Assembly (NCBI RefSeq): GCF_000025925.1 | Contig: NC_014033.1 | Location: 1,950,001-1,982,000, forward strand | Length of the DNA stretch: 32,000 nt | From: Xylanibacter ruminicola 23 | Lineage (GTDB): Bacteria; Bacteroidota; Bacteroidia; Bacteroidales; Bacteroidaceae | Reading direction: 5' to 3' | Shown: piece by piece, positions 1-9,978 of the stretch | Position numbering within the stretch: position 1 is the first letter of the stretch | Layout: each line of letters begins with the position of its first letter | Translations under genes and position numbers: made by a program | Notes under the pieces: model-generated | The model's database searches: none | Told to the model about the DNA's origin: nothing | What the model saw: only the letters and a program-made list of their open reading frames with translations

Positions 1-38
1 TAGTGGTATAACATACAGAAAATTAGTAATAAAATATG

Positions 39-46
39 TAATTTTG
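39..46 (+). promoter_or_regulatory. Bacteroidota-type -7 promoter box (TAatTTTG)
   Basis: Matches the TAnnTTTG consensus. It lies 13 nt upstream of the ATG at 59, and the TTG 'start' at 44 in the ORF track sits inside the box. Confidence 0.4.
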
Positions 47-58
47 CAGGTTGAAAAC

Positions 59-1048
59 ATGTTATACAACTATATGGATAAGAAAGAAATTATTAGCATT
101 TGTACAAAAGTAGTGGCTGGAATTCTGGTTACAGTCGGCATCTTTGCTGTAGTACCCATGATTATGCTGGCCATGGACATTATCGGTGTAAGAATGGCTC
201 CAGAGGGAATGGAACTGCCATTTACATTCAAGAAACTTGGACTTGACGCAATGGAAGCTAGCAACCCAGGCGTACTTACAACTTACGTATTTACACTCGC
301 AACAACATTGCTGGCTGCTATCTATGCCCTGCTGCACGCTATCGGCAGAGCTACATTCAACATTGCACCCATGAAGCGTATTGAGCAGATTGCAGTAGGT
401 GCCATCTTCGTGGTATCACTCTGCGTATTGCTGCCCACTACCAAGCGTATTTTCGATGCTACAGAGAAGGCCCTGGTACCTCAGGATGAGGATCGCAACA
501 CCTATATGGGCACACAGATGGATGAGTTTAGCAAGAACTACTTGATTAAGAACGGTTGGACTCTGGTTAAGCACGAGCACTGTAACGACAACTACGTACG
601 TAAGGGCGAGTACTACACAGGCGACACCGAGCACGCATATCTGGATGCTTGGAACCCTGCAGGACAGCAGGTTTACCACGCAGAGAAGCGCATGCCTGTT
701 GAGCCTGGTACATACCGCATAATCTGTAGCGCACGTGCCGAGGGTAACGGCTGTTACATCTTTGCAACTACAACCAGCAAGAAGAGCGGTCTGAAGCTTG
801 TTGAGGTTCCTCACTATGGCAACAGCGGTGGTGAACTGTGGGAGAATGCTCCTGAGGGTTCAGACATCAAGGAGGCCAACAACGGCGAGGGCTTTGGCTG
901 GAGCAAGGTAGTAGTTACCATCGAGGTGAAGGACGATGATACACTGGTATTCGGTGTGACAACCGATAAGAGCTTCACTGGAAAAGCCTACAACTCAAAG
1001 TGGTTCTCAGCAGCCGACTTCGAGGTTGAGCGCCTGAACATGAACTAA
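59..1048 (+). CDS. Hypothetical membrane protein with an N-terminal multi-TM region and a soluble C-terminal domain
   Basis: Long ORF 44..1048, with the first ATG at 59 (alternative ATG at 74). There are 3-4 hydrophobic helices in the first ~130 aa, followed by a ~190-aa Gly/Asn/Glu-rich, beta-looking C-terminal domain. I recognise no family. Confidence 0.7.
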   Translation: MLYNYMDKKEIISICTKVVAGILVTVGIFAVVPMIMLAMDIIGVRMAPEGMELPFTFKKLGLDAMEASNPGVLTTYVFTLATTLLAAIYALLHAIGRATFNIAPMKRIEQIAVGAIFVVSLCVLLPTTKRIFDATEKALVPQDEDRNTYMGTQMDEFSKNYLIKNGWTLVKHEHCNDNYVRKGEYYTGDTEHAYLDAWNPAGQQVYHAEKRMPVEPGTYRIICSARAEGNGCYIFATTTSKKSGLKLVEVPHYGNSGGELWENAPEGSDIKEANNGEGFGWSKVVVTIEVKDDDTLVFGVTTDKSFTGKAYNSKWFSAADFEVERLNMN

Positions 1049-1051
1049 TGA

Positions 1052-1897
1052 TTAAGAGTCCTGATGATAGGTTATCAAACCTTCTAAGGGACTCTTTAAT
1101 ATAGTACCCAAATGATAGCCTAGTGTTTGCAGCACTAGGCTTAATTGTGCCTGATAGTACCAAGCGATACTGCCTACAAACGATACGGGCAGTTCGGGAC
1201 GACCATAGCGAGAAAGATGCAGATTTACAAAATCACTGAAAGCGCTGTAAACCATCTCACGGATACCATCATCGTCGAGATGGCGATGAATAAACTCAGA
1301 GAATGAAGCCAGGAAACGATTAGGCTGTGGCTGACGGTAAACCTTATCAATAATATCCGACAATTTGAGTTTTGTTTCCTGTTCAAACATATTACGCACA
1401 CGCTGCGACAGAACGCCTGTATAGATGTCGTGAATCAAATGCTTACCTAACACAGCACCACTACCCTCATCGCCAATAATATAGCCCAGAGCGGGGGTGT
1501 TGTGAACAATCTTATGACCATCGTAAACACACGAGTTTGCACCTGTTCCAAGAATACATGCTATACCCGAAGTACGACCGCACAAGGCACGGGCAGCGCC
1601 TAACATATCGCTATGAGCCTCGATGGTTTGAGCCGCAGGGAATGCCTCACGCAGCAAACCTGTTACACGCTCCTCAACCTCAGGGCGCACACCACTACCA
1701 TAAAAATATACATCAGTAATCTCTACATCACCCAACTGGGTAAGCAGGTCGCGCACAAGCACCTGACGGAACTCGTCGTCTGACATATGGAAAGGATTCA
1801 GACCCACGGTATGGGCCTCAACAGGTTGAATAGAGTTATCGGCATTAATACAAACCCAATCGGTCTTTGTACTGCCACTATCGGCTATCAGTTTCAT
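1052..1897 (-). CDS. BadF/BadG/BcrA/BcrD-type ATPase (N-acetylglucosamine kinase-like, ASKHA fold)
   Basis: The N-terminus KLIADSGSTKTDW and the motifs ILGTGANS and IGDEGSG are typical of this sugar-kinase-like family. Length is 281 aa. Confidence 0.8.
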   Translation of the reverse strand: MKLIADSGSTKTDWVCINADNSIQPVEAHTVGLNPFHMSDDEFRQVLVRDLLTQLGDVEITDVYFYGSGVRPEVEERVTGLLREAFPAAQTIEAHSDMLGAARALCGRTSGIACILGTGANSCVYDGHKIVHNTPALGYIIGDEGSGAVLGKHLIHDIYTGVLSQRVRNMFEQETKLKLSDIIDKVYRQPQPNRFLASFSEFIHRHLDDDGIREMVYSAFSDFVNLHLSRYGRPELPVSFVGSIAWYYQAQLSLVLQTLGYHLGTILKSPLEGLITYHQDS

Positions 1898-1929
1898 AAC
1901 TAAGCAATGTTAAAGCGTTCATTTTGGTG

Positions 1930-1937
1930 CAAAAGTA
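1930..1937 (-). promoter_or_regulatory. -7 promoter box (TActTTTG on minus strand)
   Basis: The reverse complement of CAAAAGTA is TACTTTTG. It lies 33 nt upstream of the minus-strand ATG at 1897. Confidence 0.4.
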
Positions 1938-1980
1938 ACAAAAAATTTGGAGAACTTGCAGAAAATAAAGAAAAAAAGAG

Positions 1981-1988
1981 TAATTTTG
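1981..1988 (+). promoter_or_regulatory. -7 promoter box (TAatTTTG)
   Basis: TAATTTTG lies 31 nt upstream of the ATG at 2019. Confidence 0.45.
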
Positions 1989-2018
1989 CAAGCAGAATAA
2001 AAAGAACTTTAGCTGATT

Positions 2019-4355
2019 ATGAAAAGATTATTGGTATTTTGTATATTCGCATTGGCCATCGTTTCCGAGGCTGGCGCGGTACTGAAGGAGAAGGATCTGG
2101 AACAGACGTTGGGTATTCTGCGTACTGAACTGAAGCAATACAACAACGAACTGGACCGACGTTCGACAGCACGCAGGGATCGCGCCAAACGACTGATACA
2201 GCAGTTGATGGGCACCATGAAGCGAGCCGACCAGAACGCACTGATGCTGTACTCGCAGCAGCAGGATAATGTGTTCGACCTGACTTATGCCTGTCATGAG
2301 GCCACACAGCAGTATCGCGATTTTCATAGACAGCAACTGCCTTTTACCAGTTTCCTGGAGAAAACCGAGGGTGAGATTGTCAGATACGACAGTCTGATAA
2401 ACCATCTGCAAGGTATCCCTACACGCATTATGACCAAATATGGTACCAGCAATCGCGACTCTTGTCTGGTACTGGCCCAGAGCATCCGTGAGAAACTGGA
2501 GGTGAACGCCAATATACTGCGTAGAAACATCTATCTGTACACAAAAGCCGAAAACCGTTTGAGCGAGCTGAACGAGTACGCCCAGAAACGCTATTCGGAC
2601 ATACAGCAGAGCATATTCATTAATGGTGGCGACAGCTACCCCACCCTGCTAAAGAACTTAGGTCGCCGATGGCAACAGATGACCGACAACATACAGAAAA
2701 AGTACAGCTTTAATGCCAATGCCAACTCACAATGGAGTCCGCAGTGGATATTCGGTATGTTCCTGGGTATCGTGTTCTACGTCATCGTATCTATCATACT
2801 CAACCTGCTGTTCTTCAAGTTCATACTCCCCAACAAGGTAAAGACCGAGGAGTTCAAGAAAAAGCGTGTATGCATTATCATGGCTACCACTACGGTAACC
2901 TTTGCCATCATACAGGGACTGGTAATCAACAACTCTAATCAGAACTTCCTGATTATGGCCTCTGGACTGCTGGTAGAGTACTCGTGGCTGCTGGGCGTGG
3001 TATTATTCTCGTTGCTTCTGCGTGTGAAAGGCGACCAGATAAAGAGCGCCTTCCGTATCTACGCACCATTGATTGCAGTAGGATTCATAGTTATCGGATG
3101 TCGCATCATCCTGATTCCTAACGAGCTGGTAAACCTGGTACTGCCTCCTATCCTGCTGCTGTGTGCACTGTGGCAATGGCTGGTAATACGTCGACACAAT
3201 CAGAACATTCCACGTAGCGACATCTTTTACACATACGTATCGCTCATCGTGTTCGTAGCTTCGGTAGTATGCTCGATGATAGGTTACACGCTGTTTGCCG
3301 TACAGCTCATCATCTGGTGGATTATGCAGCTCACATGTATCCTCACCATCACCTGTATCAGTCGTTACCTGGAGATATACGCTAAGCGTAAACGACTGAC
3401 CGACAAGCCCATAACGCAGACGTGGTGGTACTATCTGGTTGAAAAAGTGGCCATGCCTGTACTGGGTGTACACTCCATCCTGCTGAGTATCTACTGGGCA
3501 GCCAAGGTGTTCAACCTCACGGATATGTGTGTAAGAATATTCATGTACCCTGTTATCGATACGCCTAACCTGCAGATATCGCTGGTAAAACTGATTATGG
3601 TGATTAACTCGTGGTTCCTGTTCCGTTACGTATCCAAGACTATTCTGGCATTCCTGAAGATGCACTATCAGATAAGCGATCCATCTACAGCCGCCAGCAA
3701 GGAGGTGATGGGACGCAACGTAATACAGGTGCTGGTATGGGGCATCTGGCTGATGTTCTCGCTATCGCTGCTTAACATCAGTATCTACTGGATGCTTGCC
3801 CTGGGAGGCGGCTTATCAACAGGTATCGGTTTCGCCTCGAAAGATATCATCGAGAATATCTACTATGGCGCCTCGCTGATGGCAGGACGCATAAAAGTGG
3901 GCGACTGGATTGATGTGGATGGTACCATGGGTAAGGTGGTATCTATCAGCTACACCTCAACGGTGATAGAATCAATTCAGGGTGAGGTGATTACCTTCCA
4001 GAACGCCCAGTTGTTCACTAAAAATTACAAGAACCTGACGCGTAATCATGGTTATGTGCTCACCACTATCCCATTCGGTGTGGCCTATGGCTCGAACCTG
4101 AAAGAGGTAACCAACTTGGTTGAAGCAGCTGTAAACGCCATGCACAACCAGTATATCGATCCTGAGAAACAGGCCAAGTGCGTGGCTACCGAAATGGCCG
4201 ACTCGAGCGTGAACTTCAAGCTGGCTATCTGGGCCGAGGCTCCTAAGCGCACATACGTTACCAGCGAGGTACTTAAGTGCGTTTACGACACGCTGAACGA
4301 GCATCACATCTCGATCCCATTCCCACAGCACGATGTACACATAATCAAAGGATAA
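2019..4355 (+). CDS. Large mechanosensitive ion channel, MscS family (MscK-like architecture)
   Basis: It has a signal peptide, a coiled-coil N-terminal ~230 aa and about 10 TM helices. The C-terminal MscS pore/beta-domain signature is present (LSTGIGFASKDIIENIYYG...GDWIDVDGTMGKVVSISYTSTVIES). Confidence 0.9.
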   Translation: MKRLLVFCIFALAIVSEAGAVLKEKDLEQTLGILRTELKQYNNELDRRSTARRDRAKRLIQQLMGTMKRADQNALMLYSQQQDNVFDLTYACHEATQQYRDFHRQQLPFTSFLEKTEGEIVRYDSLINHLQGIPTRIMTKYGTSNRDSCLVLAQSIREKLEVNANILRRNIYLYTKAENRLSELNEYAQKRYSDIQQSIFINGGDSYPTLLKNLGRRWQQMTDNIQKKYSFNANANSQWSPQWIFGMFLGIVFYVIVSIILNLLFFKFILPNKVKTEEFKKKRVCIIMATTTVTFAIIQGLVINNSNQNFLIMASGLLVEYSWLLGVVLFSLLLRVKGDQIKSAFRIYAPLIAVGFIVIGCRIILIPNELVNLVLPPILLLCALWQWLVIRRHNQNIPRSDIFYTYVSLIVFVASVVCSMIGYTLFAVQLIIWWIMQLTCILTITCISRYLEIYAKRKRLTDKPITQTWWYYLVEKVAMPVLGVHSILLSIYWAAKVFNLTDMCVRIFMYPVIDTPNLQISLVKLIMVINSWFLFRYVSKTILAFLKMHYQISDPSTAASKEVMGRNVIQVLVWGIWLMFSLSLLNISIYWMLALGGGLSTGIGFASKDIIENIYYGASLMAGRIKVGDWIDVDGTMGKVVSISYTSTVIESIQGEVITFQNAQLFTKNYKNLTRNHGYVLTTIPFGVAYGSNLKEVTNLVEAAVNAMHNQYIDPEKQAKCVATEMADSSVNFKLAIWAEAPKRTYVTSEVLKCVYDTLNEHHISIPFPQHDVHIIKG

Positions 4356-4409
4356 AAAGTTGTAATTTCCGTATAATCCGTAGGCAAAACTAAAATTATT
4401 AATAAATAA

Positions 4410-4441
4410 TTTGGCGGATTTAGAGAAAATGCGTATTTTTG
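4410..4441 (+). promoter_or_regulatory. Promoter with -33 TTTG (4410-4413) and -7 TAttTTTG (4434-4441)
   Basis: Both Bacteroides consensus elements are present with a 20-nt spacer. The ATG at 4452 follows. Confidence 0.55.
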
Positions 4442-4451
4442 CAGCATAATT

Positions 4452-5216
4452 ATGAGCAAAATGACAACTATCATAGCAGGACCTTGCGTTATCGAGTCGG
4501 CAGAACTGCTCGACACGGTAGCGCAGGAATTGGTGAGTATCAATAAAACACATGGTACCGACATCATCTTCAAAGCCTCGTTCGACAAGGCTAACCGTAC
4601 ATCGATTACCTCATTCCGTGGCCCAGGCATCGACCGTGGACTGCAGATGCTGGCAGATATCAAGTCGAAGTACGGCTTGCGTATTCTGACTGATATTCAC
4701 GAGAGCTGGCAGGCTAAGCCCGTTGGCGAGGTATGCGACGTGATTCAGATACCGGCTTTTCTGTGCCGACAGACCGATCTGATTGTTGCTGCAGCCAAGA
4801 CAGGTGCAGTAGTAAACATCAAGAAAGCCCAGTTCCTTTCGGGTAAGGATATGGTTTACCCTGTAGGTAAAGCCAAGGACGCAGGTGCCAAGGAGGTTTG
4901 GTTGACAGAACGTGGCAACATGATGGGCTACAACAACCTGGTGGTTGACTTCCGTAACATCCCTGACATGCTGGAGATTGTACCAACGGTTATCATGGAC
5001 TGTACACATAGTGTTCAGCGCCCAGGTGGCAGTGATGGTAAGACTGGTGGCGATCGCCGTTTTGTACCACAGATGGCATTGGCTGCCAAGGCCTTTGGTG
5101 CCACAGGTTACTTCTTCGAGGTACACCCCACTCCCGATCAAGGCCTCAGCGATGCAGCCAACATGTTAGAACTCGCCAACTTCGAGCCCCTGGTAAAGAA
5201 GCTGATTGAAGATTAA
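4452..5216 (+). CDS. kdsA: 3-deoxy-8-phosphooctulonate (KDO-8-P) synthase
   Basis: Diagnostic stretches are IIAGPCVIES, KASFDKANRTS, DVIQIPAFLCRQTDL and VNIKKAQFLS. Length is 254 aa. Confidence 0.93.
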   Translation: MSKMTTIIAGPCVIESAELLDTVAQELVSINKTHGTDIIFKASFDKANRTSITSFRGPGIDRGLQMLADIKSKYGLRILTDIHESWQAKPVGEVCDVIQIPAFLCRQTDLIVAAAKTGAVVNIKKAQFLSGKDMVYPVGKAKDAGAKEVWLTERGNMMGYNNLVVDFRNIPDMLEIVPTVIMDCTHSVQRPGGSDGKTGGDRRFVPQMALAAKAFGATGYFFEVHPTPDQGLSDAANMLELANFEPLVKKLIED

Positions 5217-5225
5217 AGGATTAAA

Positions 5226-6176
5226 ATGAAGACTACAAGAGATATCGCAATACAATGTATTAAGGACGAGGCGGAGGCAGTGCTGAGTCTGATTCCACAG
5301 CTGGACGAGAACTTCGACAAGGCTGTAGAGCTGATTCTGAACTGCAAAGGCAAGGTAATCGTAACAGGCGTGGGCAAGAGCGGCCATATCGGTGCCAAGA
5401 TTGCAGCCACCCTGTCGAGCACAGGCACCCCATCGTTCTTTACAAACCCTCTGGATGTATTCCACGGCGACTTAGGTGTAATGACACAGGACGACGTGGT
5501 ACTAGCCATATCAAACTCAGGTCAGACAGACGAACTGCTGCGTTTCATCCCCATGGTACTGCACATGCAGATACCTATCATCGGCATGAGCGGCAACCCC
5601 AAATCGTTGTTGGCCAAATATTCTACCTATCACCTGAACGTTCAGGTTGAGAAAGAAGCTTGTCCACTGAATCTGGCTCCTACCAGCAGTACCACAGCAC
5701 AGCTGACGATGGGCGATGCGCTAGCCATTGCCTTGATGGAAAAGCGTAACTTCCAGCCACGCGACTTTGCTCAGTTCCACCCTGGTGGCGAGCTTGGTAA
5801 GCGCTTGCTGACAACGGCTCAGGATGTGATGCGTACAGAGGACATGCCTGTATTGCCACCAGAGATGCATCTGGGCGAGGCCATCATCTTAGTGAGCAAG
5901 GCCAAGTTAGGTCTGGGTATCGCGATGGTGAACAACGAGATTGTTGGTCTGATTACCGATGGTGACATCCGTCGCGCTATGGAGAAATGGCAGGCCCAGT
6001 TCTTCGATCGTACCGTGAGCGACATTATGACACGTACGCCAAAGATGGTAAAACCTGATACAAAGATAACAGAGATTCAACGAATCATGAACCAATACAA
6101 AGTACACTCAGTACTTGTTACCGATGGCGAAAACCACCTGCTAGGAGTGGTTGACCATTACTCGTGCATGATTTAG
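5226..6176 (+). CDS. kdsD: Arabinose-5-phosphate isomerase (KpsF/GutQ family: SIS plus tandem CBS domains)
   Basis: The SIS motif GKVIVTGVGKSGHIGAKIAATLSSTGTPSFF is present with a C-terminal CBS pair. The gene starts 9 nt after kdsA. Confidence 0.9.
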   Translation: MKTTRDIAIQCIKDEAEAVLSLIPQLDENFDKAVELILNCKGKVIVTGVGKSGHIGAKIAATLSSTGTPSFFTNPLDVFHGDLGVMTQDDVVLAISNSGQTDELLRFIPMVLHMQIPIIGMSGNPKSLLAKYSTYHLNVQVEKEACPLNLAPTSSTTAQLTMGDALAIALMEKRNFQPRDFAQFHPGGELGKRLLTTAQDVMRTEDMPVLPPEMHLGEAIILVSKAKLGLGIAMVNNEIVGLITDGDIRRAMEKWQAQFFDRTVSDIMTRTPKMVKPDTKITEIQRIMNQYKVHSVLVTDGENHLLGVVDHYSCMI

Positions 6177-6198
6177 TGAAGAGTGAATAGTGAACGAT

Positions 6199-9100
6199 AT
6201 GAAGACTATAAAGAAAATACTAATCGCCTTAATGCTCATCATTCCACTAGGAGTGGTGGCTGCCTATCTGTTTAAAACACTGGAAGCCCGCGATGGACTG
6301 ACATCCAGTCAGGTGAACTGCATATTAAAGGACTCTCGAGGTTACATGTGGTTTGGTACCCCAGCAGGCTTGTACCGCTTCGACGGATACACCTTCCGTA
6401 ACTTCCAGAGCGACTCACAGAACGGTAGCTCGCTGAGCGATAGCTATATCAACTCTATCCAGGAAACACTCGATGGCAACCTGCTCATCGAAACAGCCTC
6501 AGGCTACTGCATCTACCACCCACAGACAGAGAGCTTTGAGCGCGATATGAAGCAAGCCTTTGCACGTATGGGTATCGAGACCATCCCATCGGTGGTATAT
6601 GTAGATAAGCACAAGAATCTTTGGGGAGCCATCCCTAACAAGGGTGTGGTTTGCTATAACCAGCAGCAGCAAACACTGCACGAGTTTGGTTATACCGACG
6701 ATGCTAAGGGTGTGCCACAAGGCGTGGTTTGCTCAATCAGTGAATGTAAGGAAGGCGCCCTGATAGTTTACGACGATGGTAAGATAGCCTGCTGTGATGT
6801 GATGCACCAGCAGAGCACACTCTGGGTAAAAGAGGGAATACCTGCACTGAGAGATCATCGCACCAAATCGCTGCGTGCCTACGCCGACGTGAATGACAAC
6901 ATCTGGTTGTATGGACAGGGAACTCTGGTGATGTACGACAAGCAGAAGGACACTTGGGACTACACCATGGGCGAGAAGCTGGGTGTAACCGGTCTGGGTG
7001 TGGATCGTAACATCAACGGCATGGCCAGTAGCGCTGGTAGCATCTGGGTTGGTAGTGACCAGTTAGGACTGATTCGCTTTGACCCCAAGACCTTCGAGTA
7101 TCAGGAGGTTCAGCCTAAGAACATCAACGAGCAGCAATGGGTAAAAGACCATACCAGCATCCAGAGTCTGTATATGGACGATACTGGTTTGCTGTGGGTA
7201 GGTACCGAGAAATCGGGTGTGGCCTATACCGGTAAGTATATCTACCGCTTTGGTTCCGACCTGATGGGCGATGTAACCGCTATGGCACAACATCCCAATG
7301 GCACTATCTGGTACGGTACAAGCGACCGAGGTGTGATAGGTTTCGATGGCAAGTTGGCCAGTTTGAAGGTGTCGTGCATGAGCAACACCCCTGATGGAAG
7401 TATCTGGATTGGTTCGAAGCGTAATGGTCTGACACGAATCAAGGATGGCGTATCAACCATCTACTCGGTATCGAAGGACAGCGTTCGCACCATTATCGAC
7501 GACCATATCAACGCCCTGACATGCGATAAGATTGGTAACCTGTGGATAGCCACCAACGGTGGTCTGCAGGTGTACAACCCACGTATGAACTCGTTCTCGA
7601 GCTACACACGCGAGAACGGCAAGTTGAGCACCAACAGCATTACCAGCTTGTTCTACAAGCAGGATGCCAATGCCAACAACCTGTTGGTAGGTACCAGCGA
7701 GGGACTGATTATCCTGAACCTCTCGACAACCGAGAAGAAGGTTCTGACAGGTAACAGCACCAACCTGAAGAGCTTTACCAACAACTACATTACACAGATA
7801 TTCCAGGATTCGCGCGGACTGATTTGGGTTGGTACTCGCGAGGGACTGAACATACTGAACTTAGAGACCGACGAGCTCGACTATCTGACCGAGAAGCAGG
7901 GTTTGTGTAATAATAACATCTGCGGTATTGCCGAGGATAAGAACCACTGCATCTGGGTAACCACAAGCCGTGGTGTGAGCCGTATTGTGATACAGCGTAA
8001 CCACGAGGACGGTGTGAACAACTACGGTCTGTACAACTACAGCACAGCCGATGGTTTGCAGAGCAACGAGTTTAATACCGGTGCTATCCTTACCAAACAG
8101 GATGGCGAAGTATTGCTGGGCGGACTGTATGGTGTGAACTGGGTACTGCACAGAGATGGTGCCGAGAAGGAGGACCTGCCACGTGTGATGCTCACCCAGC
8201 TGTTTATTGGCGAAGAAGAGATTATTACCGGTCATGAGTATCATGGCAAGGTGATACTTACTCAGGCTCTGAACGAAACCAGCCGTATCGATCTGGCTCA
8301 CAACCAGAACACATTCAGCATCAAGTTTGCTGCTGGTAACTACAACCAGAGCGAGCGCCTGCAGTTTATGTACTGGATGGAAGGTCGAGACGAGGACTGG
8401 CATCATGGTGACGCGCTGTCGCATGGTGTAAACTTCAACAACCTGTCGGCAGGAAAGTACTATCTGCACGTAAAAGCCATCAACGCCGAGGGTGCAGTAA
8501 GTAACCAGGAGCGTGTGCTTGAAATCAACGTAGAGCGCCACTTCCTGCTGTCGTGGTGGATGATAACAGCCTATCTGATTGTGCTGGCAGTAATCATCTA
8601 TTTCTGGCGCATAGGTATCAATCAGCTTAAAGCCATCAAGCACCGTAAGGAGGCTGTGATTAAGGAACTGCAGTTGCAGCGCGAGGAAATTAAGGCTGCG
8701 AGCGACGACTTGCGACAGCCTATGGCTCGTATGACCTCGATCATCGGTAACCTGTCGGAGAAAGAGAAAACGCTTGAGGAGAAAGAGCAGCTGAATGCCC
8801 TGCACTCGCAAATGCTGCAGATTATCACACGTGTGGCTGATATGCAGATGAACCTGGAACACCCAGAGGAGCGCGCTAAGAATATGGTTCAGGACCGTCT
8901 GACCATCAACAGTAAGGGTGAGATTGAGTTGCCAGAGATTGCCAGCGACGTTCTGACATCAGAATCTACTCACTCACGTGCTGCTATCGACTCGCCTACC
9001 TCGAAGTTCACCGTTATCATGATTGATGACAACGAGGAGTTCCTGGAGTTTGCTGGTGCACGACTGAGATTTGTTTATAACTTCCACGTTTATAACGACA

Positions 9101-9978
9101 TTGAGAAAGCAGCCGAGGATCTGGAGCAGATTAAGTGCGACCTGGTGGTTTGTAAGCAGGATATGTTTGGTATGACTGGTAGCGACCTGTGTAACCAGTT
9201 GAAGACCAACTACGCTACTCAGAACATGAAGTTTATCCTGATGACCGACACCGTACTGACACCTCAGGATATGCGCTCGAAGAATATCACCCTGAGTGCC
9301 GATGACTATCTGGCCAAGCCATTCAACATGCAGGAGGCCACGATGCGATTCAATAAGGTACTGGGATTGGGTGCCGTACAGATGGACAGCAACCTGATTG
9401 AGGGTGCGGAGACACGCCGACTGGAAGGCCAGAGTAGCAGTATGACCACAGCTACTGAGACAATGGATGCTGGCGAGATAAGCGCCACTGCACTGACCGA
9501 GGTTAGTGCCGACGACCCCATGAACAAGGTAGACACAGTGGTTAAGAACCCGCGCAGTCAGGCAACAACCAGCAACCTGCCTGAGGGTATCAAGGGCATC
9601 GACGACGAAGAGGAAGGTGGCGGTAACGACTTCTCGATGATGGACGCTATGGACCTTCAGCTGCTGAAGAACATCGAGCAATACGTATTACAGAATATGA
9701 GCCGCGGACAGATTAGTCTGGAAGAGATGGCCAATGCCATGGGAATGGGACGTGTACCTTTCTTCCACCGTGTACGCAGCCTTACAAGCAAAACACCAGC
9801 AGAACTCGTGAGAGACATGCGACTGAAACACGCCTGCATTCTGCTGAAGCGCACTAATATTAACATGAGTGAGTTGGCGTCGAACATTGGATTTATGACT
9901 GCCGAGAACTTCATCAATATCTTCAAGGAGAAGTTCGGCATGACGCCACTCGAATACAGATTGAAACATCGTAAATGA
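6199..9978 (+). CDS. Hybrid two-component-like sensor/regulator (periplasmic propeller + Y_Y_Y, TM, DHp-like helix, receiver-like domain, AraC HTH) that lacks a kinase ATPase domain
   Basis: ATG at 6199 is preferred over GTG at 6190. The periplasmic region carries repeated propeller motifs (W.GT..GL..FD). A TM helix sits at about aa 783-806, the receiver-like domain starts VIMIDDNEEF, and the C-terminal AraC-type HTH ends FGMTPLEYRLKHRK. See the findings for the degenerate phosphorelay sites. Confidence 0.88.
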   Translation: MKTIKKILIALMLIIPLGVVAAYLFKTLEARDGLTSSQVNCILKDSRGYMWFGTPAGLYRFDGYTFRNFQSDSQNGSSLSDSYINSIQETLDGNLLIETASGYCIYHPQTESFERDMKQAFARMGIETIPSVVYVDKHKNLWGAIPNKGVVCYNQQQQTLHEFGYTDDAKGVPQGVVCSISECKEGALIVYDDGKIACCDVMHQQSTLWVKEGIPALRDHRTKSLRAYADVNDNIWLYGQGTLVMYDKQKDTWDYTMGEKLGVTGLGVDRNINGMASSAGSIWVGSDQLGLIRFDPKTFEYQEVQPKNINEQQWVKDHTSIQSLYMDDTGLLWVGTEKSGVAYTGKYIYRFGSDLMGDVTAMAQHPNGTIWYGTSDRGVIGFDGKLASLKVSCMSNTPDGSIWIGSKRNGLTRIKDGVSTIYSVSKDSVRTIIDDHINALTCDKIGNLWIATNGGLQVYNPRMNSFSSYTRENGKLSTNSITSLFYKQDANANNLLVGTSEGLIILNLSTTEKKVLTGNSTNLKSFTNNYITQIFQDSRGLIWVGTREGLNILNLETDELDYLTEKQGLCNNNICGIAEDKNHCIWVTTSRGVSRIVIQRNHEDGVNNYGLYNYSTADGLQSNEFNTGAILTKQDGEVLLGGLYGVNWVLHRDGAEKEDLPRVMLTQLFIGEEEIITGHEYHGKVILTQALNETSRIDLAHNQNTFSIKFAAGNYNQSERLQFMYWMEGRDEDWHHGDALSHGVNFNNLSAGKYYLHVKAINAEGAVSNQERVLEINVERHFLLSWWMITAYLIVLAVIIYFWRIGINQLKAIKHRKEAVIKELQLQREEIKAASDDLRQPMARMTSIIGNLSEKEKTLEEKEQLNALHSQMLQIITRVADMQMNLEHPEERAKNMVQDRLTINSKGEIELPEIASDVLTSESTHSRAAIDSPTSKFTVIMIDDNEEFLEFAGARLRFVYNFHVYNDIEKAAEDLEQIKCDLVVCKQDMFGMTGSDLCNQLKTNYATQNMKFILMTDTVLTPQDMRSKNITLSADDYLAKPFNMQEATMRFNKVLGLGAVQMDSNLIEGAETRRLEGQSSSMTTATETMDAGEISATALTEVSADDPMNKVDTVVKNPRSQATTSNLPEGIKGIDDEEEGGGNDFSMMDAMDLQLLKNIEQYVLQNMSRGQISLEEMANAMGMGRVPFFHRVRSLTSKTPAELVRDMRLKHACILLKRTNINMSELASNIGFMTAENFINIFKEKFGMTPLEYRLKHRK

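Noticed and set aside
44-58. TTG start codon at 44 given by the ORF track for the first gene
   Set aside because: The TTG lies inside the TAatTTTG promoter box (39-46). The in-frame ATG at 59 (or 74) is the plausible start.
6190-6198. GTG start for the HTCS-like gene
   Set aside because: The ATG three codons downstream (6199) gives a normal MKTIKKILIALMLII signal/anchor. The choice does not change the call.
9360-9650. Acidic low-complexity stretch in the HTCS-like gene as a possible insertion or separate ORF
   Set aside because: It stays in frame with no stops and links the receiver-like domain to the AraC HTH. It is most simply a flexible linker.
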